64,000 nucleotides of DNA from Prochlorococcus sp. AG-347-L21 (GCA_003278875.1 QCCQ01000001.1:54409-118408), one strand, 5' to 3'; positions 17,774 to 25,386 are shown, counted from the stretch's first letter. Numbers and translations: made by a program. The notes: generated by a model not told the origin, from the letters alone.

Positions 17774-18427
17774 GTGCTAACAGATATAGTATTCATTTCC
17801 TTTTATACTGACGAAGGAAAATATCCCGAATTAGCAATAAAGTTAATAAAATCTATAAATAAATTTAATCTGCAATCTCATATTTTAAAAATCAATAGTA
17901 ATTTTTCCAGTTGGGAGCAAGGAACTCACTTTAAATCAAAGTTTATCCTTCAATCTCTTTTGAAATTCAGAAAACCTGTAGTGTGGATGGATATTGACAC
18001 TGAAATTTGGAAATTCCCAGAATTATTATTCGCTGAACATGATTTTGCAATTTACAACTGGATAGCGGATAAAGATCATCATTTATCAGGTAAAATCCCC
18101 TATGATCCCACAACGAGAGCTTTATTGTGCTCAGGCGGTGTTCAAAAATATAGTTATACAGCACCATCAATCCATCTATTAATTAATTGGATAAATAACT
18201 TAAATGAACCCAATAATAAGAATAAAGGTGATGATCCTTGCTTGGATATAGCTTTTAATACAGGAAACTTTGACTTGAAAGTTCTATGGCTCCCTAAGAC
18301 TTATAACAGAATGGATAAGCATTCCATTTTTTGGTCCAAAATTTCTAGAGATTCGGTGGTTATTAATCATGATTATGTAGCCGGAAACCACCGAAATAAT
18401 TCTTTGAATTTTAAAAAAGATTTTTAA
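17774..18427 (+). CDS. Putative nucleotide-diphospho-sugar transferase (GT-A)
   Basis: SFYT...Y, K..FIL..L, VVWMDID (DxD), SGG, W..LP..Y; GTG start. Confidence 0.7.
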   Translation: MLTDIVFISFYTDEGKYPELAIKLIKSINKFNLQSHILKINSNFSSWEQGTHFKSKFILQSLLKFRKPVVWMDIDTEIWKFPELLFAEHDFAIYNWIADKDHHLSGKIPYDPTTRALLCSGGVQKYSYTAPSIHLLINWINNLNEPNNKNKGDDPCLDIAFNTGNFDLKVLWLPKTYNRMDKHSIFWSKISRDSVVINHDYVAGNHRNNSLNFKKDF

Positions 18428-18602
18428 TAAATTAATTATCAATTTGTTTCCAATACAAAACTTTTTATCAACTCATTTGTTCTCTTTTTCATTAAATCCC
18501 ACTTACTTAAAATTCTTAAATACTCAGCATATTCGATCTTTTTACTATGTTTCTTTAAAATAATATATTAAAATTTGGAATTGATAATCAAAAAACTTAA
18601 AG

Positions 18603-19220
18603 ATGGATAATTACGAATTTACTAATAATTGGTTCGAAACATCTGCAAAAGCAATATGGTCGCAACTATTTAATCAAACTAAACCAAAAAAAATACTTGA
18701 AATAGGTTCATATGAAGGAGCTTCCACATGTTTTTTAATTGAAAAATTATCTCTTTACCATGATTCTTTTGAAATATATGCAATTGATACATGGGATGGA
18801 GGGGTAGAACATAAAGAAATGAAGATTAATATGAAATTAGTTGAAGAAAGATTTCATAAAAATACTTCTCTTGCTATTAAAAACTCCTCTAAAAAAATTG
18901 AGTTAAAAACGTTTAAAGATAAATCAATTAACACTCTGAGTAAATTGATAACAAATCAGAAGTCTAATTATTTTGATTTTATTTATATAGATGGTTCTCA
19001 CATGGCATCAGATGTTTTAAGTGATGCAATCTTGTCTTTTGAGTTACTCAAAATTAATGGAATAATTGGTTTTGATGATTATCTTTGGAAACTGCCAAAT
19101 TCAAATAACTTACTTACTAATCCTAAGATTGCTATTGATTCTTTTACTAATATATTTGCTCTAAGGAGCGCAATTTTTAGAACCCCAAATCATCAAGTTT
19201 ATATAAAAAAAACCAATTAA
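18603..19220 (+). CDS. Class I SAM-dependent methyltransferase (Methyltransf_24-like)
   Basis: ILEIGSYEG.S, IDTW, FDFIYIDGSH, G.I.FDDY. Confidence 0.88.
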   Translation: MDNYEFTNNWFETSAKAIWSQLFNQTKPKKILEIGSYEGASTCFLIEKLSLYHDSFEIYAIDTWDGGVEHKEMKINMKLVEERFHKNTSLAIKNSSKKIELKTFKDKSINTLSKLITNQKSNYFDFIYIDGSHMASDVLSDAILSFELLKINGIIGFDDYLWKLPNSNNLLTNPKIAIDSFTNIFALRSAIFRTPNHQVYIKKTN

Positions 19221-19364
19221 GACATTAACAAATATTTCTACAAAACATTTTGAAAATATATTTTTTTGTTATTAAATTTCTCTATTACAATCAATACCTA
19301 AGGATTGGTTTGTAAAACAAATTAAAGATAAAACCCTATTTTTCTAAACTTTAAGAATATTACT

Positions 19365-19506
19365 GAACCTAATTACTGGCTAATGAACCATGTACCAGTG
19401 GTCATAGGAATGGATTCCAAAAATCAGCTAAATTCCGTCCACACCTCGTCCACACTTTTCGCGATTGACAATCGATCTACAATAAGGGGTAATTAGCTCC
19501 TTTTTT
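19365..19506 (+). repeat. att-like module copy 2 with displaced EVE 5' fragment
   Basis: GAACCTAATTACTGGCTAATGAA matches EVE gene 23988-24010 at 21/23; then GTCATAGGAATGG, CGTCCACAC-CT-CGTCCACAC, GATTGACAATCGATC and a terminator. Confidence 0.75.
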
Positions 19507-19882
19507 AATAGCAAAATACGCTATCCGCTTTAATTGATTCTTCAACTAGAACATCTGGCATAACAAACTCTGCAGTGTATCCATCTAGAAGCTTCTCATC
19601 GTAACCCCTAGATTTAGCAGACATTCCTGAGACATATATGGTAATTTTTGAATTCTTTAAGTTTTGAAGATGTTCGTATAAATCTCCAGTCCCTTGACCA
19701 ACTATTTCACCAGCTTTTTTGCAATTTAATATTTGTACTCCGTCTCCTGCTAGAAAAAGTGTTACTTTATGATCGTTTTTTTCTGCAGTAAGGGCAACCA
19801 ATAAACCTAAAGTTATTTTATTTTTGGATTCTAAACCGCTGTAAATATGCACTAACACAGTATTGTCGGTAATGATAGACAT
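19505..19882 (-). CDS. DsrE family protein
   Basis: LVA..A....H.V.LFLAGDGV, ..GTG.L..H, I.VSGMSAKSRG; GGAGG RBS. Confidence 0.8.
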   Translation of the reverse strand: MSIITDNTVLVHIYSGLESKNKITLGLLVALTAEKNDHKVTLFLAGDGVQILNCKKAGEIVGQGTGDLYEHLQNLKNSKITIYVSGMSAKSRGYDEKLLDGYTAEFVMPDVLVEESIKADSVFCY

Positions 19883-20182
19883 TTAATCCTCCCAAAATTT
19901 TTGTTTTTATATCCTAAATAAAATCTATTTTCATTAGCTGTTTTTTTATGAAACGCTTACTACTTGCACCTCTTTCTTATTGGCAGATGGCTATTAAGTA
20001 TTAAAAATAGCTCCTAAATCAAAGAAGTCTTCTTCCAACCTTTTTCCATAAATGATTGCGAATAGTAGATTTATACACCTCGATTTTTTGCCAATTTTCT
20101 TGCTTTTTCCTTATTTTTTCGTAAATATGCGTATATAGGCTCTAATTTGCTCTAAAAAACTGTCACATGGGGGTTTACGATT

Positions 20183-20452
20183 ATGGAAATTCCAGACGAA
20201 ATGTTGAAAGAAATTAGAGAAAGTGGATATGATCAAGAGCTTGTATATAACTACATAAGAGAACTATTAAACAGCGATAAACAAATTAATGAAAATAACA
20301 ATCTAGAGCTTATAGACAATTACTTATTAGACAAAGATCTAGAAGAACCTGCTGCTGAGATACAGATGGCAGCAGAGCTTATAGACAATTACTTATTAGA
20401 TAAAAGATTTATTAGAGAGCTTGAAGATGATAAAGATTATGATGCTGCTTAA
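20183..20452 (+). CDS. Acidic hypothetical protein with internal duplication
   Basis: ELIDNYLLDK occurs twice; exact 27-bp repeat at 20305-20331 and 20374-20400. Confidence 0.6.
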   Translation: MEIPDEMLKEIRESGYDQELVYNYIRELLNSDKQINENNNLELIDNYLLDKDLEEPAAEIQMAAELIDNYLLDKRFIRELEDDKDYDAA

Positions 20453-20523
20453 TTAGATAAAGTACCTATTTTTTCCTATTTATTTAAAGGTTATTCTTTT
20501 GAGCAAATAACAGGATTAAAACA

Positions 20524-20646
20524 ATGATGAAACTTGCAATCATTTTTTTACCAATTTTATTTGCAGTTATTTGGGCTGCTTTTATAGGTTTAAGAATAAA
20601 TAAAGTAGAAACTAGAGATGGAAAAAGAAAATTAATTAATTACTAA
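20524..20646 (+). CDS. 40-aa single-TM microprotein, weakly PsbY-like
   Basis: MMKLAIIFLPILFAVIWAAFIGLRINKVETRDGKRKLINY; AGGA RBS. Confidence 0.5.
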   Translation: MMKLAIIFLPILFAVIWAAFIGLRINKVETRDGKRKLINY

Positions 20647-20760
20647 TTGGTTGAAAGTCGATCTAACTAAGATTCAATTCAAAAAAGAATTTAAATTTTG
20701 TATTTATGGTAACCCCTTTTTTGTGAGCATTATTCAGAATAAGAGTCCGACTATTTTTTT

Positions 20761-20904
20761 ATGACAAAAAATTTAGATGAAAATTCTTATGAAAGAAGAA
20801 TTGAAAATATAGAAAAAGGAAAATCTTATTTAAAAAGTAATGGATTTTTTAAATCAAAATCTAATCTATTCGAAGACATACAAAAGTTTATTTATAAAAG
20901 GTAA
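20761..20904 (+). CDS. 47-aa hypothetical protein
   Basis: MTKNLDENSYERRIENIEKGKSYLKSNGFFKSKSNLFEDIQKFIYKR. Confidence 0.45.
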   Translation: MTKNLDENSYERRIENIEKGKSYLKSNGFFKSKSNLFEDIQKFIYKR

Positions 20905-21022
20905 TTTAAAAAAAGTTTTTTACTTTTGATTAATTAAATCTCTCCATAAGCAAGCCATCACATAAAAGAAAGAAAGACTTGAAAAAGTTAGGAGAAAAAA
21001 AGAATGGGTCAATTTTTTATAA

Positions 21023-21127
21023 CTAAATTAATCCCAATAATCCTGCAGTAAAACCAACAGCAGCAAAGAATACGAACTCGATTAAATCTCTTGGGGCGGA
21101 GTTAATAAAAAAACTGATTTGAGTCAT
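21023..21127 (-). CDS. 34-aa membrane microprotein
   Basis: MTQISFFINSAPRDLIEFVFFAAVGFTAGLLGLI; starts 4 nt after the stop of 21132-21329. Confidence 0.65.
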   Translation of the reverse strand: MTQISFFINSAPRDLIEFVFFAAVGFTAGLLGLI

Positions 21128-21131
21128 AAAT

Positions 21132-21329
21132 TTATGACTTGAGAGAGTCTCTTAAATCAAACTTTTCAGCTTTTTCAATTTGACACTCAGTATCATCTTC
21201 AGCACATTTGATTTCAGCTTTTTTGTTCATGTGGCTACTACAACCGCCTGCTATAACTACTGGTAAACCGGTCGTAGCCGTAAAACCAGTTAAACATGCA
21301 AACGCTATATAAGGAAAAAGTCTCTTCAT
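21132..21329 (-). CDS. Small secreted Cys-containing protein
   Basis: Signal peptide then AGGCSSH..C.EDD.EC. Confidence 0.7.
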   Translation of the reverse strand: MKRLFPYIAFACLTGFTATTGLPVVIAGGCSSHMNKKAEIKCAEDDTECQIEKAEKFDLRDSLKS

Positions 21330-21524
21330 TTAATTGTTACTTTATGTAAACTTATTATGTTACATAAAAAGCTCAAGTGTGAGTAGCTGATAATTTTCGT
21401 GCACCCTATACCAATCATCTAAAGTAATTTTGCAAACCTATGAATTTTATCTGAGTATTTTTACTTATATGTTGAGTTGAAGACTTTAAATAATTAATGT
21501 TTTTTTTGGGGTTATATATAAGTC

Positions 21525-21680
21525 ATGGATAAACAACATTTAATTGATTTAATATCTAATAGCATTATTTCTGAGATTAAAGATCTCGAAATTAATGAGG
21601 AAAAATTGATTGCAAATAATTATTTAAATAATCTGAATTTAAATCAGCTTAGAATAATTTCTAAAGAATTTATTTTGTAA
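21525..21680 (+). CDS. 51-aa hypothetical protein
   Basis: MDKQHLIDLISNSIISEIKDLEINEEKLIANNYLNNLNLNQLRIISKEFIL. Confidence 0.55.
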   Translation: MDKQHLIDLISNSIISEIKDLEINEEKLIANNYLNNLNLNQLRIISKEFIL

Positions 21681-21758
21681 TTTTTATTGAATATTTATTT
21701 AAATAAATGAGATTTTCTTTACTATTATTTGAATCTTAATAAGTTAATACCTTTTAAT

Positions 21759-21944
21759 ATGAATGATTCAGAAGAATTTAAACCTAGCCTTAAACAAATA
21801 AATGAGGATATCAGACCTACATGGGAAGATATCAAAAAACAATCAGAAGTTTTAGTTAACAAACTTGGTTGCCCTAGATCATTTGTAGGAGGGATGCTTC
21901 ATGCAATAGCAAGCGACTTCTCTGATATGAAAACTTGGGAATAA
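21759..21944 (+). CDS. Hypothetical protein (61 aa from ATG)
   Basis: MNDSEEFKP..RPTWEDIK..LGCPRSFVGGML.AIA.DF. Confidence 0.6.
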   Translation: MNDSEEFKPSLKQINEDIRPTWEDIKKQSEVLVNKLGCPRSFVGGMLHAIASDFSDMKTWE

Positions 21945-22094
21945 ATGAAAAACTTATTACTTACACCACTTTTCAAACTATTCAAAAAAAGCACTTTCCT
22001 CTTATCACTAAATCAAAACTCGTGCCCTGTTTTAGATACTGAAGACATAAAAAAACAAGAACAGAAAGAAGCTATTGAAAGGTTGTACCCGTAA
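21945..22094 (+). pseudogene. Chimeric/remnant ORF ending EQKEAIERLYP
   Basis: MKNLLLTPLF start resembles the MKRLLLAPL fragment at 19948; the same C-terminus recurs without a start at 23769-23806. Confidence 0.4.
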
Positions 22095-22205
22095 ACTTTT
22101 AAGAGAAATGTATCAGATCATATTTACGATGCAGCACGATCCTATGCACCCCCATGCCACCCATTACTTTCCTAAATTGTGACTTTGATGGATAATAAAC
22201 ATATA
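22058..22205 (+). repeat. ~150-bp imperfect direct repeat, copy A
   Basis: AAGCTATTGAAAGGTTGTA.CCGTAAA ... CATATTTA ... CACCCAT.ACTTTCCTAAAT...TTTGATGGATAAT, also at 23769-23922. Confidence 0.85.
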
Positions 22206-22252
22206 AAATAAATCTGACTCTAGCAAAATTCTAGCAGATAAATTCCTCCAAT

Positions 22253-22383
22253 ACCCTTGATATGACTAAAGAAAAGTTTTGGCTAATGAAAAAAGAGCAC
22301 GATGCATTTTACTAGTCATAGCAAGGGTTTTATTTTTTACAGAAAATTCCATTCGAACCTCATTCGAACTTTTTAGTAATTGA
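22253..22383 (+). repeat. att-like module copy 3: inverted repeats flanking an EVE 5'-like fragment
   Basis: ACCCTTGATATGACTA (22253-22268) and TAGTCATAGCAAGGGT (22313-22328) form a 15/16 inverted repeat around ATG-MTKEKFWLMKKEHDAF; then CATTCGAAC-CT-CATTCGAAC-TTTT..ATTGA. Confidence 0.75.
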
Positions 22384-22403
22384 AGAACATCTCTAACAAG
22401 TAT

Positions 22404-23426
22404 TCATGAACAATATTCATTTATTAATTCTTCTGCTTTTTCATCGCCAAGTTCTGAAGCTTTCTTCAAATCTACTAAGGCGCTTTTATTATCATTTTTT
22501 TCTAATTTAACTATTCCTCTATTGGTATATCCTCTATAGTCATCAGGGTTATATTTTATAAATTGATCGTAGTCTTTTATTGCCTTATCGAATTGCTGAA
22601 TTCTTCTAAATAATCTTGCTCTATTAAATAAAGCGCCTGCACTGAAAGACCAGATGCCAACCAAATCAATTGCCTGTGAATAAAGAGAAATACCTTCCTC
22701 AAAATTGTTATCACTTTCTTCTGATTTAGCCTTTCTACAAAGATCGAAGAATTTTTCTTCTAACTTTCTTATATTATTTTTGGAAATAATTTCTTCCGCT
22801 AACTCAGAGTTTACAAAAAGAGGCTTCTCTTCATATTCAGTATTTAATTCTTGAGAAGATGATGATTTTACATAAGTGACAACTATATTTGCTTTAAAAA
22901 TACTTTCTGGACAGGAACCACCATATAAAATTGGTTCAGGGTGAGATACCACATTTTTTTTTGAACTTCCAACAAAATCTTTATATTTTTTATCAACAAC
23001 TTCCTCTAAAGGTTTTATGATCATTTCTAATTTTGTATATCCTTCTTTAATTCTCTCTTTAACCTCTAAAAGTAGCTGATTAGTTAAGTGAAACCATTCA
23101 CAAAGATCACCTTCATATAATTTTGAAGCCTCAAAACAAAGACGATCAAACTCAATCTTTTCTTTTTTGTTATTTAAATCAAAAGTTCTATTATCGAATC
23201 CTTTAGCATTTATTGATAATTCTTTATCCTCCCTATCAAAAACTTTAGTACCTTCAAAGTCTGATTCTCTTACTAGCAAACAAATATTATCAATACTTTT
23301 AATTAGGAAGAAATAATTGCTACCAACTTCAATTCCTTTGGTTAGTAATTCTTCGAATTTATTTAATTGCCAACAAGCAATAAAATCTTTCTTTTTGTGA
23401 GACTTAAAAGGATTAATTATTTTCAT
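22404..23426 (-). CDS. TPR-repeat protein
   Basis: C-terminal TPRs (LFNRA..AIKDYDQFI..NP, YTNRG..A..DLKKA.ELGD). Confidence 0.85.
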   Translation of the reverse strand: MKIINPFKSHKKKDFIACWQLNKFEELLTKGIEVGSNYFFLIKSIDNICLLVRESDFEGTKVFDREDKELSINAKGFDNRTFDLNNKKEKIEFDRLCFEASKLYEGDLCEWFHLTNQLLLEVKERIKEGYTKLEMIIKPLEEVVDKKYKDFVGSSKKNVVSHPEPILYGGSCPESIFKANIVVTYVKSSSSQELNTEYEEKPLFVNSELAEEIISKNNIRKLEEKFFDLCRKAKSEESDNNFEEGISLYSQAIDLVGIWSFSAGALFNRARLFRRIQQFDKAIKDYDQFIKYNPDDYRGYTNRGIVKLEKNDNKSALVDLKKASELGDEKAEELINEYCS

Positions 23427-23500
23427 ATAAACAACCCGTGTGGACTCAACATAAAGTCTTTTCTTAAAGTATCAATAACAAATTATTTTTGCTATTAGAT

Positions 23501-23734
23501 ATGGACAAAATTCTACCTTTTTTAAAAAAGTATCCAATGAGCATTTTATTAGCGCTTATTGCAATTAATTTATTCTCTATAGCCGGAAGTTTAAGGACAT
23601 CCGCAAAGTTAGATAAAATGACAATTAACTGCGCTAAATGGAAAAGTAATACCATCTCTTCTGATAAAGCTGCAAAAGAAATTGGCATATCTAGTAGATT
23701 TTGGGATTTCTGTAAAAGTCTTGATGATTATTAA
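23501..23734 (+). CDS. Small membrane-anchored protein with two Cys
   Basis: MDKILPFLKKYP..LLALIAINL..NCAKW..A.KEIG..FC. Confidence 0.6.
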   Translation: MDKILPFLKKYPMSILLALIAINLFSIAGSLRTSAKLDKMTINCAKWKSNTISSDKAAKEIGISSRFWDFCKSLDDY

Positions 23735-23768
23735 GGTTAATCAAAAACCGATGACGGGTTAATAAGGG

Positions 23769-23953
23769 AAGAGCAACAAAAAGCTATTGAAAGGTTGTAT
23801 CCGTAAATTTGCGAAAGAAATTTCTTAGGTCATATTTAATGACGTAGAACGGTCACATGTACCCCGTACCAACCCACCCATCACTTTCCTAAATAGGGAA
23901 TTTGATGGATAATGAATTTATATCTGAACGAGTTATTCTAACTTCATTCGAAC
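23769..23953 (+). repeat. Direct repeat copy B plus tandem 9-2-9 repeat just upstream of EVE start
   Basis: Homologous to 22058-22205; TATTCTAAC-TT-CATTCGAAC at 23934-23953. Confidence 0.8.
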
Positions 23954-23975
23954 TACATAATTTCGCCGAGATCCC

Positions 23976-24440
23976 ATGCCACAACAGGAACCTAGCTACT
24001 GGCTAATGAAGAGTGAGCCTGATGCTTACAGCATAGATACTTTAAAAAATGATGGTGTAACTTTATGGGATGGAATAAGAAATTATCAGGCTCGAAATTT
24101 TATGAGAAAAATGAATAAAGGAGATAAAGTTTTTTTCTATCATTCGAATTGTAAACCCCCAGGAATAGTGGGACTTATGGAGGTAATAGAACTAAATGTT
24201 GTTGATCCTACTCAATTTGATCAAAATTCAAAATATTTTGATCCAAAATCGAAACCTGATAATCCGAGATGGGATTGTGTAAAAGTAGAATATAAATCTA
24301 AGTCAGATAAGATCTTAAGTTTATCTGAATTAAAGATTTTATTTAATGAGGATGAGTTATTAGTTGTAAAAAAAGGAAATAGGTTATCTATATTACCTGT
24401 CAGAAATGAAGTTGCAAAAATACTACTAGAAAAAATATAA
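23976..24440 (+). CDS. EVE domain protein
   Basis: YWLMKSEP, WDGIRNYQARN, GD.V.FYHS, D.TQFD..S.Y.DPKS, RLSI.PV. Confidence 0.95.
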   Translation: MPQQEPSYWLMKSEPDAYSIDTLKNDGVTLWDGIRNYQARNFMRKMNKGDKVFFYHSNCKPPGIVGLMEVIELNVVDPTQFDQNSKYFDPKSKPDNPRWDCVKVEYKSKSDKILSLSELKILFNEDELLVVKKGNRLSILPVRNEVAKILLEKI

Positions 24441-24448
24441 AAAATTTT

Positions 24449-24700
24449 TCAATCCTTAAAATTCATTGAAAACATATTGCCAATATAGAGTCTCGTTAAA
24501 TCCCTATTTTGAAATCCTTTTTGCATCAAAAATCCTGCAATAGCAGCTTGTAGTATCCTGTATTGATCCCAGTTAGGATGCTCCTCAACAAATTCTTTCA
24601 TAGCCTTTTGAAGATTTTCTTGAAGTTCACATTTGAAACTTATTACTTCATCTTTATGATTTAAAACTTTTGAATTTTCGTGATAGTTTAGCTCTTGCAT
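24449..24700 (-). CDS. DUF2811 family protein
   Basis: L..AMK.FVE.HPNWDQYR..QAA.AGFL.Q.G. Confidence 0.85.
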   Translation of the reverse strand: MQELNYHENSKVLNHKDEVISFKCELQENLQKAMKEFVEEHPNWDQYRILQAAIAGFLMQKGFQNRDLTRLYIGNMFSMNFKD

Positions 24701-24896
24701 ATTAAAGAAAATTGTTGAAAATAAAATCTACAAAATCTAGTTTTCTCCAAAATCACAAAATCGTCAACAAGCATTATTAAGAGGCAGTCTCAGATCATAG
24801 AAAAATGAGAATCCAGTCATAAAAGGGAGTATCATGGAAATTATTTTTGTAAAATTAATTCTTACTGAAATATAAAGATTTATATAAAATAAGAAG

Positions 24897-24960
24897 TTTT
24901 CCACATAACTTAAATCCACAGATACTTTTCTTAAAAAAGTTGTGGAAAAGTTGTGAAAAA
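24897..24960. promoter_or_regulatory. Cluster of four DnaA-box-like 9-mers
   Basis: TTTTCCACA 24897, AAATCCACA 24912, TGTGGAAAA 24941, TGTGAAAAA 24952. Confidence 0.5.
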
Positions 24961-25012
24961 TTTTTTTTTAAAAGGGGAAATATTTTATAAAATTTCCAAT
25001 TTTATTTATTTT

Positions 25013-25384
25013 TTAATCCATTGATTCCCACATGTTTTTTATTTCATAAAATAAATTTTGCGCAATTGGTATCGGCCAATACATTTCGAAGGACCTAGTT
25101 TGATCTTGACTTTCGAAAACAAACTTTAGACTCCATTCATTTTTTTCACCCTCTAAGCAAATATACCAAGGTAGTTTTTCTAATTCTAATGTAATAGATT
25201 CCTCATCCATTAGCTCATCCTTGATAACTAATAGTTGTTCATTAATTTTTAGTAGTAGAAGGTAGAGTGAATAAAATTCACTTTTTTGTAACTCGATTGA
25301 CCAATTACCAACACCAATTAAAAAGCAAAATTTCCCTTTTTTAGAATCTCTAAGTAATCTCCATCCTTTTTGGTCTCCTACCAA
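25013..25384 (-). CDS. DUF1818 family protein
   Basis: GWRL..D....F..LIG...WSIEL...EF, ELM.EE.I.LE, RSFE..W. Confidence 0.8.
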   Translation of the reverse strand: MVGDQKGWRLLRDSKKGKFCFLIGVGNWSIELQKSEFYSLYLLLLKINEQLLVIKDELMDEESITLELEKLPWYICLEGEKNEWSLKFVFESQDQTRSFEMYWPIPIAQNLFYEIKNMWESMD

Positions 25385-25386
25385 AA

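Larger units (their letters stand above)
1..23975. mobile_element. Hypervariable genomic island (left end outside window; right end at the EVE gene)
   Basis: Low coding density, many short/hypothetical ORFs, accessory nutrient cluster and repeated att-like modules, followed by an abrupt switch to conserved core gene order at 23976; no integrase in window. Confidence 0.8.

Noticed and set aside
17512-23953. CRISPR array or IS element
   Set aside because: Repeats are kb apart, degenerate and modular; no regular spacers, cas, transposase or integrase ORF seen.
1-23975. tRNA/tmRNA fragments as island att sites
   Set aside because: No GGTTC(G/A)A..CC T-arm plus acceptor stem found by eye; the CATTCGAAC repeats lack tRNA stem context.
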